Source of the DNA: Macrostomum lignano
Taxonomy: Eukaryota
Direction: 5' to 3'
Assembly: GCA_002269645.1 (NCBI GenBank)
Contig: NIVC01002688.1
Span: forward strand, 85,717 to 149,716
Length of the DNA: 64,000 bases
The position numbers and the translations under genes were made by a program. How positions within the stretch are numbered: position 1 is the first letter of the stretch; the number at the start of each line of letters is the position of its first letter. Below the pieces are notes generated by a model. The model ran no database searches, was not told the origin of the DNA, and saw only the letters and a list, made by a program, of their open reading frames with translations. Below, piece after piece: positions 1 to 12,805 of the stretch.

Positions 1-3000
1 TCCAGAACGTGCTGGGTTTCGACATTAGCATTGTCTTCGTCCGCATTAACTGGCTGCGAGTCGTTCACGAACAGCGTGTAGCCTCCGAACCTCTTTCGGT
101 AGTACTCCATCACTGTCGACTGGATGTAGTTTGTCAGGTTGTAGCCCTGCATGCTCTCCACAATGTCGGAGCTCATCAGAGACTTCCGAGCTGGCGTTGG
201 CCAGTCAACGCACTTGGCGCTGTTCGGGTAGTCCTTGTACGAGCACTGACACCACGATGTGTTGCTGGGCAGGTTGCTGGGAGTCTCAGACCACACAGAG
301 CCTCGTCGCTGCGTCTTGCACGGGAAGTCGGGGTTGCTGAACACATCCTCTCGCATGCAGCGAGTTCCGAGGAAGTCCGTGCTGTTCATGTGCAGCATCA
401 GCCGGTTGGACAGGTCGGTCAGGCTGTGGTTGTTTGGGTAGGCGGTCAGGCTGCGGCTCTGGAACACTGATAGGTCCTTGAGGCGAGATCGCTCAGGCTT
501 GCCGAGCATGTACCAGGGCGCCAGCTCCATCGGTGGACTGTCGCCGTCTTTGGGCACAATTTGCAGCAGAGCGAGGGTCAATAGGATAAAGACTGCAGGC
601 AGCACAAACTCGGCGAGGAATCCGATCTTTGAGCGACGCAGAACGTAAAAGCGTTTGAACCAGAGCGCCTTGATCTGCTGCCACATCGGTCGGGTAGTCT
701 GACGCAACCCTTTTAGAGCTGATAGATCTAATGTAGTATTTCTGGACGATAGACGAAGTTTTGAACTGGATAAAAGTTGCCTTTTTTCATTTAGCTTGCT
801 TCCACCAATTGATTCTGGAATCTCCACGAGAGAGGATTTCGGTGTTTCTCCAACCCATTCTGATTCGTAGCCAGTTACAGAGAGAAAGATCTCCTCAAGC
901 GAGCTGTCCTCAATTCCATACGTTGCAATATGAAGATCTGTCATTCTTTTTTCCAAATTACCAAATAGAGAGGCCAACTTAGTCTCGGAAGTGTATGGCA
1001 GCTTTACGTTTATTTCACTGGAAGTACAATCTCCTAGAAAAGCATCTGGAACCTTGGACTGCACCAAATCCAGTACTTTATCCGTGTCGCACTCTAAGGA
1101 CGCCTTTACCAGAGTCAGGGTGTAGCCCTCACCGAACACCCTTTTTAGGAATGTAGGAGAGCCTGAGCACACGAGACGGCCTTTGTTAATGATGCAGATT
1201 CGGTCGCCCAGAATGTCCGCCTCGTCCATGTGGTGGGTGGTCAGGATGATGGTGCGGCCCTGACGGAACTTCGCCAACACGTCCCAGATCGAGCGACGCG
1301 CGTGTGGGTCGACGCCTAAAATTCGCAGTTTTGTTTGTCAAACGGATGGTGGCTGAAAGAAATATCTTGTCGGTACAAAACCGCCGACTCACCAGCGGTT
1401 GGCTCGTCCAGTACGACGACCTTCGATCCGCCGACAAACGCCATGGCGACAGACAGCTTTCGCTTCATCCCGCCTGACAGATTCTTGCTTATTTCGTACT
1501 TCTTTTTCTGTAGGCCGACGTCTGCGATGAACGAGTCAACCTGCTGGGCGACCTCCGTCCGGCTGAGGCCTTTGAGCATGCCGTAGAAGTAGATGTGGTC
1601 CTCCACCGTCAAAGTGTCGAAAAGCACATTGTGCTGAGGACACAGGCCGAGTTGTTGGCGAATCTGGTCCATCTCTGTGCGGATGTCGTACCCGCCGATA
1701 AAGGCGGTGCCCGATGTTGGTGTGTACAAACCCGTCAGAAGGGACATTGTAGTTGTTTTGCCTTAAATTAAGTGCATGCCCAAATATTTCTTTTTGTTTT
1801 CAAAAATCAATTTGATTTTAAAAACTACCTTTTTTAATTTAGACAAAAAATTAGACTTTCCTCCATCATCACTTACCAGCACCATTGTGGCCCAAAAAAG
1901 ACGTCACTTGACCTTCAAAAAAATTGTAGCTGAGGTTTTCTACGGCTGAGATCGTCTTTGCCTTTTGACAGGGCCAGTTTCTTGATGAAAATATCTTGGT
2001 CAAGTTTTTAATTGCAATGCCAACCGGAAGATATTTTGGCTCCGTTTCAAAATGCTCAGGATTCAGATTATGAACAGTTTCGTCACTCAGTGGAAGTCCA
2101 GGACTCGATTCGTTTATGATTCGTTTATGGTCGATAGACTCCTGAGCCTTGTCCTCTAATTTGCTGGTTCGTTTTTCTGGTTTGCTAAATTTCCCGCACC
2201 AAAACGAGGGTTGGAATGGAAAGAACCATGGCTTGGGCACTCCGAACTCGCCGGGGAAAACTTTCTCAAGGTACCAGGTCAACAGCATGAGAATTGCGGA
2301 GTCTATCCATAGCATTAGAATTACCTGAAAGAGCAATGACGGGCTCTGTAAGATTAATGCGCAAAAGCTAAGATTTGAAATCGGTTTTTATCGCAATGAG
2401 ACATTTTTTGACACCACACTATCCCTAGATCGTTATCCAGACTCAGCTTGAGGAAACGAGATCTTGTGAAAACTATTCAAGTAGTTTTTTTTATTTCAAA
2501 CAGAAAATTTCTCACCAGGCCGAAGGACAGCTCTCCATTTGCGGCAGGAGAGTCAAAGAAGTTGTCATACTGCAACCCCACGGAAGCGAGCTCCCAATTG
2601 CTGATGAATTTGCAGCCAACTCCGAAAGCCAACTGGGGGATGAGGCAGCTCAGAATGTAGTGCGTCCGAGTCATGCTGTTGCCAAACGTTTCCAAGAGGT
2701 TGAAGGGTAGGTAGCCGGCGAAGTAGATCACTCTGGCAAAGGCAGCTGCTACGCTCGAGTTTGAGAAGAAAATTGACATGAAGAAGGCCTCAAAAATTGT
2801 GCTCACAACAAAAGACACGATGAAAAAGAACAGCAGAAGTGGGTTCGAGTAAATTATAATTTTTCCCATCGATAGCAGCAAGGTCATCAGGGCACTGGCG
2901 ATAGACATGATGGCAAGAGAGGTGATGAACCAGGAGACCCAGTGCACTCCGTCAGACAGTCCCATGATCTTCATCATCTCTTTCAGGCGCGTCTCTTTCT

Positions 3001-6000
3001 CGTAGACAATGGCGTTTACTAGCAGCGACACGTTGTAAATCCAGGATACAGTCATGAGCATAGGCAGGAAGGAGCCCATGGCGCTTATGAATTTGTCGTC
3101 AATGAAGCAGGCAGTGGGTAACATGGACATGTAGGTCTGGATCGGCGCGTCCACGCCAGAAATTGCAGCCTGGATTCCCTGTTCCAGCAGCTCCTGCAGG
3201 AGAGATCAGGTTTACCTTATCTTTATGGCGGAATTCTAGTATTGCATGTGAATGAATAATGTTGACAGCTACTTTATGCTTTTGGGTACGTTTCACGCCA
3301 TGGTCTTGCTTGGCTTCACTCGTTATATTGACGAGTCGATTGGAACTTATCTGATGGATCAGAACGGTAGCTTTTCGTACACTTTACTCACTACGAAGTA
3401 TCAGCAAGTTCTCACCTGGATGTGCAGAAAAAATGAAGTGAAGTACTTGAAGTCTGTGGGAAACTTAGTCCTGGACGTCTCGGTGTACTTATCGTCGATG
3501 ACATGAAAATAACGAGTGTCATCCACGTCATCCTCCGGAAAACGCAGCCGGTACTTCACGAAGCCAGACGTCTGATTGTCGAACAGCAGGGACGCAATGA
3601 AAAGCGGCTTTTTAGCTTCGCTGTGCTGGCCGAACTCGTCGATGAGGTAGCGGGTGTAGTTTTCCAGAGTCTCCAGGCTGCCGAAGCCGGGCAGCTTGTT
3701 CAACCGGAAGCAGGCTGTCATGTAGTACAGCCGGCGCATCAGCGAGTTTGTCAACTTTATTAGACCACGCCAGCTGCCGAAGCTGCCACCGGGGTCGGGC
3801 TTGGGCGCCAAGAATTTCAGCAGGCTGAGGCACATTTCGCCGTTCGACTTGCTGCCCAGAGTTCCGTGGCAAGCCAGCAATGCAGCCTGGGGTTTTCATT
3901 ATGAATTGAAGAATGAGAAACTGCAGACTCACAGCCGCTACATCTTCGTGTTGGACCTCATGACTGTCTAATTCCCCCCCTCAGAGTCATCGAGTTCATG
4001 GAGCCCTCTTCCGCTCTCCCAATCTCTGGTGTGCACTCACCCTGATCAGTCGCATCCGATTGCTTTTGCTCACAAACTCTTCGAGCTCGGGACTAAAGGC
4101 CTGAGTGAAGCTCTCAGCCAGGTAGGACAGCCTGCTCATGCCTTGTAGAGTCCGGTTCAGCTGCAGGGTTTGGGTACGGAATTTTTATGACTATCAGCAC
4201 AGTTATTAAAATATAATTCAACATCGAGTACGAAATACAACGCTCACTTTTTCGAGAAACTTGCGCGTCCTTGGGGTGTCCGGATAGAACGGGATGACGC
4301 CGAACATGACTTTGAGAATGCTGCCGAGCCCGATATCCGGCAGGACGTAGCGCAGCGATCCAAAAATGGCCGACTGAGAATTCCGATCGAGACAGACTGG
4401 GGAGTTTAAGCGGTATGGCCGGATATCGCGCTTTGTTAATGCGTGTAGTTTCTTCTTTTTTTAACCGTTGCACAATGTTTACAAAGGTCTTCTAAATTTG
4501 AGTTCAAAGATGAACTTACGATAGGTCAGGACGAGTTTCTGAGTTTTTAGAAGAACGAAAAACCATCGAAAAACGAAAAACTTTTTACGCACAATACTCG
4601 CAGGGGATATGTTTCTAACTCTGCAATCCCTACTTTCTTTTAGACGATCTCTTATTACAGAAAACGAGAGTAAAAACTACCGGAATGGTTTACATTTGTT
4701 TGAATTCTTACATTTCTCAGGCGGAACAAACTGCTCTAGCAAATCAGCAGCTTGACCCTCCTGATTTTTCTGCTTCAGCTTTTTAGTATCGTTCCTCCTA
4801 CTTTGCTGCGCTGCCGCCGCGGCCGCACCGACGTCTCTAGCCTTCCGGTGCAGCGCCCTGGCCGAGTCGTTGCCGTGTGTGCTGCCCTTCAGCGAGGCGA
4901 ACTGCTCGACCGGCAGCGACATCAGCGGCTGCAGCTGCTTGCGCAAGCGTTTCGCCACCTTGCTGAACACGGAGCGGCCGCTGCCGCACAGCACTCGGCT
5001 GAGCCGCAGAATCCCCCGCGTGGCCTGGTCCGAGTTGCCGCCGAGCCCGCCAGCCAGCGAGGCAGTCAAGTTCCACAACTCGTCGAGGGCGGCCAGTCGA
5101 CCGTTGAGTTTCAAATTTTTCAGCTGCGGAGGAGCAGCGGTTGTTGGTATGGCCTTGGCTTTACATGTGCTTTGACTTATGCGCACTGGTTCGCAAATAC
5201 AAACTTCTGCTCAGTTCCAAGCGTACGCAGTGGCAGCACTGGATGACAACGACCTGTATTGTTATTCGGTAAAAATTTCAGGTCGTCAGTGGAATTCAAT
5301 TTTTACTCACCCCAGAAAGCAGCGTCTTCAAGTTAGTCAGGTCATTAAGTTCCAGTTCAATTAGATGTGGATTAGTTTCGGTGGAAACCATCTGGGTTGA
5401 GTAGCGAAATATCGATATCTGTATTATTTGTACTTCGTATATGTATTGTATACGTGTTATTTGTATCTATAACATATCTATAAGTTCAGCTTCTGGAACT
5501 CCATCTGTTCATTTCGTCTTACCTGATCCAGGGCGGCATCCATGTCGAACTGCGACTTCAAATTTTCACGGAATTTTGCCTGTTCACAGAGTGTCGCCAC
5601 AGTCAGCCATCCGTCATCGCCTCCGCCACCGCTGCCACAGACTACGGCTGGTAGCGTTTCCGTCATCCGCATCAGCGGCTCCAGCATCAGCCGTTCCACC
5701 GGGCCTGCAGACAAATGCCAGCGCTGTGGGTTTTGGGCACGAGTGAGGGTTGCATTGTGCGGGGTTCGGGCATGAGTGAGGATTGCATTGTGCGGGGTTC
5801 GGGCACGAGTGAGGGGCTGCATTGTGCGGGGTTCGGGCATGAGTGAGGATTGCATTGTGCGGGGTTTGGGCATGAGTGAGGGCTGCATTGTGCGGGGTTC
5901 GGGCATGAGTGAGGGTTGCATTGTGCGGGGTTCGGGCACGAGTGAGGGCTGCATTGTGCGGGGTTCGGGCACGAGTGAGGGCTGCATTGTGCGGGGTTCG

Positions 6001-7510
6001 GGCATGAGTGAGGGTTGCATTGTGCGGGGTTCGGGCATGAGTGAGGGTTGCATTGTGCGGGGTTCGGGCATGAGTGAGGATTGCATTGTGCGGGGTTCGG
6101 GCATGAGTGAGGGCTGCATTGTGCGGGGTTCGGGCATGAGTGAGGGTTGCATTGTGCGGGGTTCGGGCACGAGTGAGGGCTGCATTGTGCGGGGTTCGGG
6201 CATGAGTGAGGGTTGCATTGTGCGGGGTTCGGGCACGAGTGAGGGCTGCATTGTGCGGGGTTTCGGGTAGAGGCAAAATGCAGACAGACCAGATGCTCAC
6301 TTTTGGAAATCGAAATTCTGCCTTTGCAAAATCTTTTTTCTGCGCTACCGTCGCGTCCACCCCGCTAAGCAGGGCCGTTGCGCCGCCGAACACCGAGCTG
6401 AGCTGTATAAGCTTCATGTCTGGGGAAACAAGGGAATGGACTTTCTCTGATCATCTAATTAAACGTTAGTTTTCTAAGCACTCTCTTTGCTTCCACATAA
6501 GCTGTGTCGTTGCTCACTGCTCACCTGTGTCATTGGCACCGGCGGGCACGGCCATGACAGCCTTCGCAAACTTCCTGACCGTGGGGTTGGTCAGAACCAG
6601 GTTGGCTGCTCGCAACACCTGGGTTATGTTTCGGAACCTGGAATATGCAGGAATGAGGACAGACAGGTACACCAGCTAGATTGGGTCATGGAAACCCAGA
6701 CCTAGAAATTGGAAAGGTTACGAGCTATCTGCTGACCCAACAGCAGCAGCCCGACCGGATCGGGGAGTCTTTGACACTAATAAATAGAATTGGAACTGCT
6801 GCTTCACCAGTTAAATTGGCTCATGTACTACTAGAGATTAATTAACTGGAATTGAAACGCCAATAAAGTTTGCCTTGCTGGCTCCTTACTCGGTGTCGTT
6901 GAACAGCCCCGCGTCCGAGCTGAAGTTCTGATCGCCCTGCTGGCAGACGCCCAGGTGGCAGAAGGCCCGGAGCGCCGCCAGCGGCCCCTTCGAGGCCAGG
7001 GCGGCCGGCTTGAACTGGCAGGCCGACGAGGCGTGTCTGAAGTCGCGCGAGTGCCGGACAATCAGCAGGAGAAGGAATGACAGCAGCGGGGCCAAGATCT
7101 CTAGCGCTGTGGCGCCCTGGTGGGGTGAGAGAAGGAAGTGGGTGCTACTTCACAGCCGCAGCCCACTGAGCTACGGATTGCACTGAGCCTTGTGACTGAA
7201 AATCCAGTCAGTAGCACAGAAACTGAGCCCTGTGACTGAAAATCCTGTCAGTAGCACAGAAACTGAGCCCTGTGACTGGAAATCCAGTCAGAAGCACAGA
7301 AACTGAGCCCTGTTACTGAAAATCCTGTCAGAAGCACGGGAGCCCGAAAGTCAATCGTATGCGATTTTCCTGACCCCCAGTGGCACAATTGCTGCCCTGG
7401 TCCTGCCTGGTGCTTTGTAAAGCGAGGCTCTAAAAACTTACAGGGTTTCGCTGCTTCAGCTTGAAATTTTTCCACTGCAGGATGTAGATCTTCTTGAGAA
7501 AGCCCAGCAT
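1..7510 (-). CDS. ABCA: ABCA-subfamily full transporter, copy A (multi-exon; 5' two-thirds, runs off window start)
   Basis: Exon 1 7510-7442 [23 protein letters not shown] followed by gtaagt; exon 2 ...[23 protein letters not shown]; TMD1 motif [17 protein letters not shown] (2477-3154); NBD1 [26 protein letters not shown]; last exon stays open to position 1. Confidence 0.93.
1318..1757 (-). CDS. ABCA: ABCA copy A NBD1 exons (Q-loop, signature, Walker B)
   Basis: ORF 1316-1747: [33 protein letters not shown]; GT-AG intron before GVDPHARR. Confidence 0.9.
5730..6264. repeat. 33-bp intronic minisatellite (~16 copies) in ABCA copy A
   Basis: Unit GGTTCGGGCATGAGTGAGGGTTGCATTGTGCGG; lies between the FRFPK|gtgagc donor and the next ECD1 exon. 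Confidence 0.95.
7180..7335. repeat. ~40-bp tandem repeat (3-4 copies) in intron 1 of copy A
   Basis: Repeated CTGAGCCCTGTGACTGAAAATCCTGTCAGTAGCACAGAAA. Confidence 0.85.
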
Positions 7511-9445
7511 AGTCGGCAGAGCAGTTTGGAGTTATGCAGCTGCAACTCAGAAGCGGTGACTTGAAATCGCGCATGAATTCATGCTATTGAATTAGATTCG
7601 CAACGCTATCTGCTGATGACAGGAGCGCTTGGACTGAGTATTCTAACAAATTAACAAACCTGATTGCACAAAGCGTCAGAAGTTACTAAAAGCAGAATGA
7701 GCTTTCTGGCCATAGACGCTAAAAAAAGACTCGTAAAAAGGTACGAGTAAAAATCAGGTTGGCGAAAAACTAAGAAAAGCCTTAATTAGTACAAAGGTCA
7801 ACTTGACAAGTTGACAACTTGAACCAGGATTAAGTTGTCCTTGCCTTAGCCCTTAGTATAGAAATTGCTCGGACAGTCACAGTGAAGGCTGGGTACACAT
7901 TAATTGTCAATTTGGTGGCAGACTATAGTGGCAGACTCTTGTGACAGACTCTTGGATCGGGAGGATGTGAGTGCACATATTCTAAATATTTAGTCGCGGG
8001 GGGGCACTAACCAAGCAATGCAGTCGACCCGCATCAAAAGATCGAGGTGGCAATAAAAACATTTCTATCGAAGACAAATATTTTAGTCAACGTATTTGCT
8101 TATCACTTAAATGATAAAAACCTGATAAAACAATTTTGCATCGAGAATTTAAAGTTTAGTCTGCTGTTTATTCAAAAGTATGGCATATGATTTCCTGTTT
8201 TTTCAAAAAATAATTATGCGGACTTTCGATATTTTGTTTATTTAAGTTGCGATAAAGTTATGTATCATTTTGAACAGCGCTTGTATCTAAGAAACAGTAA
8301 GAAACTTCTCCCCTGAAAATGGTATTATTGTTCTAATTGTAGTATAATAAAAAATAGAAAGTTTGCTGAGTACTCCGAAAATTCTCCTAGAAGCTTACTT
8401 CAAACAAGTGCGGGTTTTTCATTTCGGTATGTACAATATATTTTCTGATAAATGCCACCCTTACATGTATGGAATGTTGAAATAAATTAGTATAGCATAC
8501 ATATATTAACATAAAAGCGAAAAGGTGAATGAAACGAATAAATTAATTTAATTTAACTCTCTTGCATTATTGAATATTGTCTTTCTAATACCAGTACTTT
8601 CACTTTAGTGATTCATTGTATGGTTGTATTGAATGAATATCATTTTCTTATGCATCATGATTGTGGGTGATGGTGAAATTCCTTTGCTTCATTCAAGAAG
8701 TATAAGCTATTTATCTTTATCATCATATTTATCATCAATGGTTTTTATTTTGCTTAGACAGTGTATTATTTGATCTATTAAATTTTGTAAATTTAGGTAT
8801 ATTTTTTTAAATCTCTCATCAATATATCTACAAACAAATATTTTATTTCTAGCATATTGGATTTGTTCCAGTTTAGCCATTTTTGCTGATCAAAGAGTCC
8901 ATATTTGTGATAATTTTACCTTTGCTTCTATTTTTAATTTTAGGGAATAATCTATAGTATATGTACATATGGCTGTTAGGCATAGCTTCTTCTACTTTGG
9001 TAGCTATATGAGAAATTGATATAAATAAATAAAATTAAATTATTGCTTTGATAAAAAACAATTTATTTTATTTGAAATATATTACAAAACTACTTTCATT
9101 GTTTCAAGATGTTAAAACATGCTCGTTTTTTAAATTTCATTAAATTTCATATAATTTCACAAATATTAAAAAGCATTTTCATATGTATTTCTATAAAGTA
9201 TTTATATATCACTTTATAACTGATCATTGAATTTAATTATAATTCCATGTTCCAATGTCTTTTGTCTGATTATTAATTTTAGGCTTTAAAGCACTTGTGT
9301 TTGCTGTTCATCGCATTTTTGTTTTTGAATTCAACAGAAATCAGTTTTTGTTAGCATAGAAAGTGATTTATGTATCATCATTATCTGCCATCGCGAAACC
9401 TTAAGTATTGAGCCAAGTAAGCGAAATTTACTTTTTAGAATCGAA
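7511..9445. promoter_or_regulatory. Divergent intergenic region between the start codons of ABCA A and B; candidate bidirectional promoter
   Basis: ATG of A at 7510 (-) and ATG of B at 9446 (+); no ORFs; strongly AT-rich from about 8050 to 9440. Function is inferred from position only. Confidence 0.45.
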
Positions 9446-12400
9446 ATGAAGGCCTTCTTCAGACACATCTACCTGCTGCAATGGAAGAACGCCAAACTCA
9501 AACAGCGAAACAAGGTATTTGAGAAATTAAATATTGTTCTCATCATCAGGAAAACTCTCAGGTGCAATTCAATTCACTGCTTTCCCTCGCAGGTTCGAAC
9601 CCTGTTCGAGGTGATCGCCCCGCTGCTGTCCTTCCTAATCCTCATTGCCGTGCGCCAGTCCCAGGACTTCTACCAGCAGTCCCCGGACTGCCAGTTCAAG
9701 CCGACCGCCCTGGCCTCCAAGGGCCCCCTAGTGGCCCTCCGCTCCTTCTGCTTCCTGGGCGTCTGTCGCCAAGGCAACCAGTCTTTCGGGGTCGATTCCG
9801 GCCTGCTTAATGACACAGAGTGAGTCCTGTTCTCAGCATGCAGTACATTTTAATCAAAACGGTCGTTTTCGTTTCCTTTAACTCTAATAAGGCAGAGCAG
9901 CATTTCTTATTTCATGACTGCCTGCACTTTTGCCATGATTTAGCACGAGTTCTCTACGTCTCTGTCCCCACTCTCTCTCTATCATAAATCATAATTACTT
10001 TGGCCATTCCAAGTTCGCGTGCAAAAATAATTTTCGCACAGTTCTATCCGCGCTGCGTCACCGGCCACTGGCTCCGGCCTCTGCACTTTGCCCTCCACCC
10101 GACACACACAACAGTGTAGATAACGCTATGCACTGGGCCTGCTCTTATCTCTGATCGACTGCCGCACCTCTGCCCTGCCTCTCTGTCCCATCTTGTCTAC
10201 CTCTTCGTGTACCTCAACTTTCTCTCTCTCTACCTTTCTATCTCAATGCCATCGCGCTCCTTTCTGCCCTCCTTAGTGGGAGCTCCATTGTTTTTATCGG
10301 GGCCATCCAGTCTGAACTCGCCCTCGGCTCGGTCAACCAGCCTCTGAGAACAATTGGGCGCGCTTAATGGCCCCGAGTCGCTGTTATTTTGTCTAGCCCC
10401 TCCACCCCCTCCGAGTGCTCGGGCATGATCGGAGTGCCTCAAGGTTTTTTCGTCTCTTTTCGGTCCTGTCGCTTTGCTCTTAGCAGGCCCAGGTATAGCT
10501 CTCAGTAAACCAGCTGAGGGCTGCTGCTCTGGGCCTGGCTGTTGATGAGAACCCTTCTGGAGCAGGTCTAGATAGTTTATACTTTTGTCACAATAATCAA
10601 ATGGATTCCAGTGCTTTCAGCTTCTTGATTAACTGGTTATTAGTGCGTCTGTCCGTTTGAGTTCGTCACAAGATGAAGTGTTTTGAAATTTAGAGTATCA
10701 AAGCACTTGGCTGAACAGGACAGACGGGTCCAGTTCTCTGCAGCCCAGCTGCTCCATCACATCCATGCTGGTCCAGTTCTCTGCAGCCCAGCTGCTCCAT
10801 CACATCCATGCTGGTCCAGTTCTCTGCAGCCCAGCTGCTCCATCACATCCATGCTGGTCCAGTTCTCTGCAGCCCAGCTGCTCCATCACATCCATGCTGG
10901 TCCAGTTCTCTGCAGCCCAGCTGCTCCATCACATCCATGCTGGTTCAGTTCTCTGCAGCCCAGCTGCTCCATCACATCCATGCTGGTTCAGTTCTCTGCA
11001 GCCCAGCTGCTCCATCACATCCATGCTGGTCCAGTTCTCTGCAACCCAGCTGCTCCATCACATCCATGCTGGTCCAGTTCTCTGCAGCCCAGCTGCTCCA
11101 TCACATCCATGCTGGTCCAGTTCTCTGCAACCCAGCTGCTCCATCACATCCATGCTGGTCCAGTTCTCTGCAGCCCAGCTGCTCCATCACATCCATGCTG
11201 GTCCAGTTCTCTGCAACCCAGCTGGTCCATCACACCCATGCTGGTCCAGTTCTCTGCAACCCAGCTGCTCCATCACATCCATGCATCACAGTCTACCCGC
11301 TAATTATGATGAGTTTCGCTGGTAAAACGCAACCGCAGGTACCGGAACTTGTCCAAGACGCTGCAGTTCGCCAACGGAGCGCTGGCCAACCCAACCGTGC
11401 GGAAGATCGCCGGAGCGCTCGCCTCGCTGCCCACCAACTGGAGCGACCCGAGCCGTGAGTGCCTTGAGCAGCAAAAAGTCTGCGTTGCTATCTTCATTTT
11501 TAGCATTTCTTTGTTTAATGAGAACCGCAACCGATTGCAAACCTGCAGAGGCCAAGCCGATCCTCCTGGGCTCGTTGTTCAAGAGCAACTCGTCCCAGCT
11601 GTTCGACGGAGTCGCCGCCACGGCTGAGCAGCGGCAGGCTGTCTATGCTGCCAGCTTCCCCTTCCCTGCGGTGAGCGCTTCAGAGCCTGCAGAATCCCCT
11701 AGCTGCTCAGTCCAGTGACTGCAGAACCCCAGCTGCTCAGTCTAATGATTGCAGAACCCCAGCTGCTCAGTCCAGTGACTGCAGAACCCCAGCTGCTCAG
11801 TCTAGTGACTGCAGAACCCCAGCTGCTCAGTCTGGTGACTGCAGAACCCCAGCTGCTCAGTCTGGTGACTGCAGAACCCCAGCTGCTCAGTCTGGTGACT
11901 GCAGAACCCCAGCTGCTCAGTCTGGTGACTGCAGAACCCCAGCTGCTCAGTCTAGTGACTGCAGAACCCCAGCTGCTCAGTCTGGTGACTGCAGAACCCC
12001 AGCTGCTCAGTCTGGTGACTGCAGAACCCCAGCTGCTCAGTCTGGTGACTGCAGAACCCCAGCTGCTCAGTCTGGTGACTGCAGAACCCCAGCTGCTCAG
12101 TCCAATGACTGCCACCCCACATCACTCCCGCAGCGCTGGGACCTGTCCGTCAGTCCGTCGGTTCGAGTCGCCCTGTCGATGGCACTGCTCAGCTCCGGTG
12201 CGGTGCCCACCCTGGTGTGCTCGGGCGCCAGCAGCGGCGTCAAAAACTGGATGGACGTGAAGGCTCTGTGCAACCAGACCGCCTTCAGGAACAATCTGAA
12301 GGATCAGTTTGAGCTAGACAAAGCTCTGGACCAGGTGAGACGCTCTCCCACGCAGTTCTAATTTACATCTCCTTTCTCAGCACACCAAGTCACCTACCTT

Positions 12401-12758
12401 TGCTGTTCTGTCGTTCCAGATGACCTCAACTTTGCCCAACAAGCAGACGATCAGCGTGGAGCTGTCCGACGTCACCAACATTGTGCTCCTCTTTCAGGAG
12501 GTCAGAAAAAGCTTTGCTTTTGCGTGTTTCACTTTCTTATTTTAAGGAAATCTGCTTCTGCTTTCCAGACTACTGATATAAGTAGCAATCCTCGCATTTT
12601 AATATTAAAATCTAAGAAACAATGAAAGACAACCTTGTTGGATTCATTTCCGTAGAACTTGTGCCGCTCATTCATCTTCTGATTCAGTTCGACCAAATTA
12701 GAAAGGACGGCACGCTGAATGTCTTCAGCGACATCTACAGAAACTTGAGAGCTCTGAT

Positions 12759-12805
<47 letters not shown>

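Noticed and set aside
5478-12260. Repetitive ORFs over the 33-, 43- and 30-bp arrays
   Set aside because: Arrays lie in ABCA introns; the non-repetitive ORF ends are true ABCA exons read through
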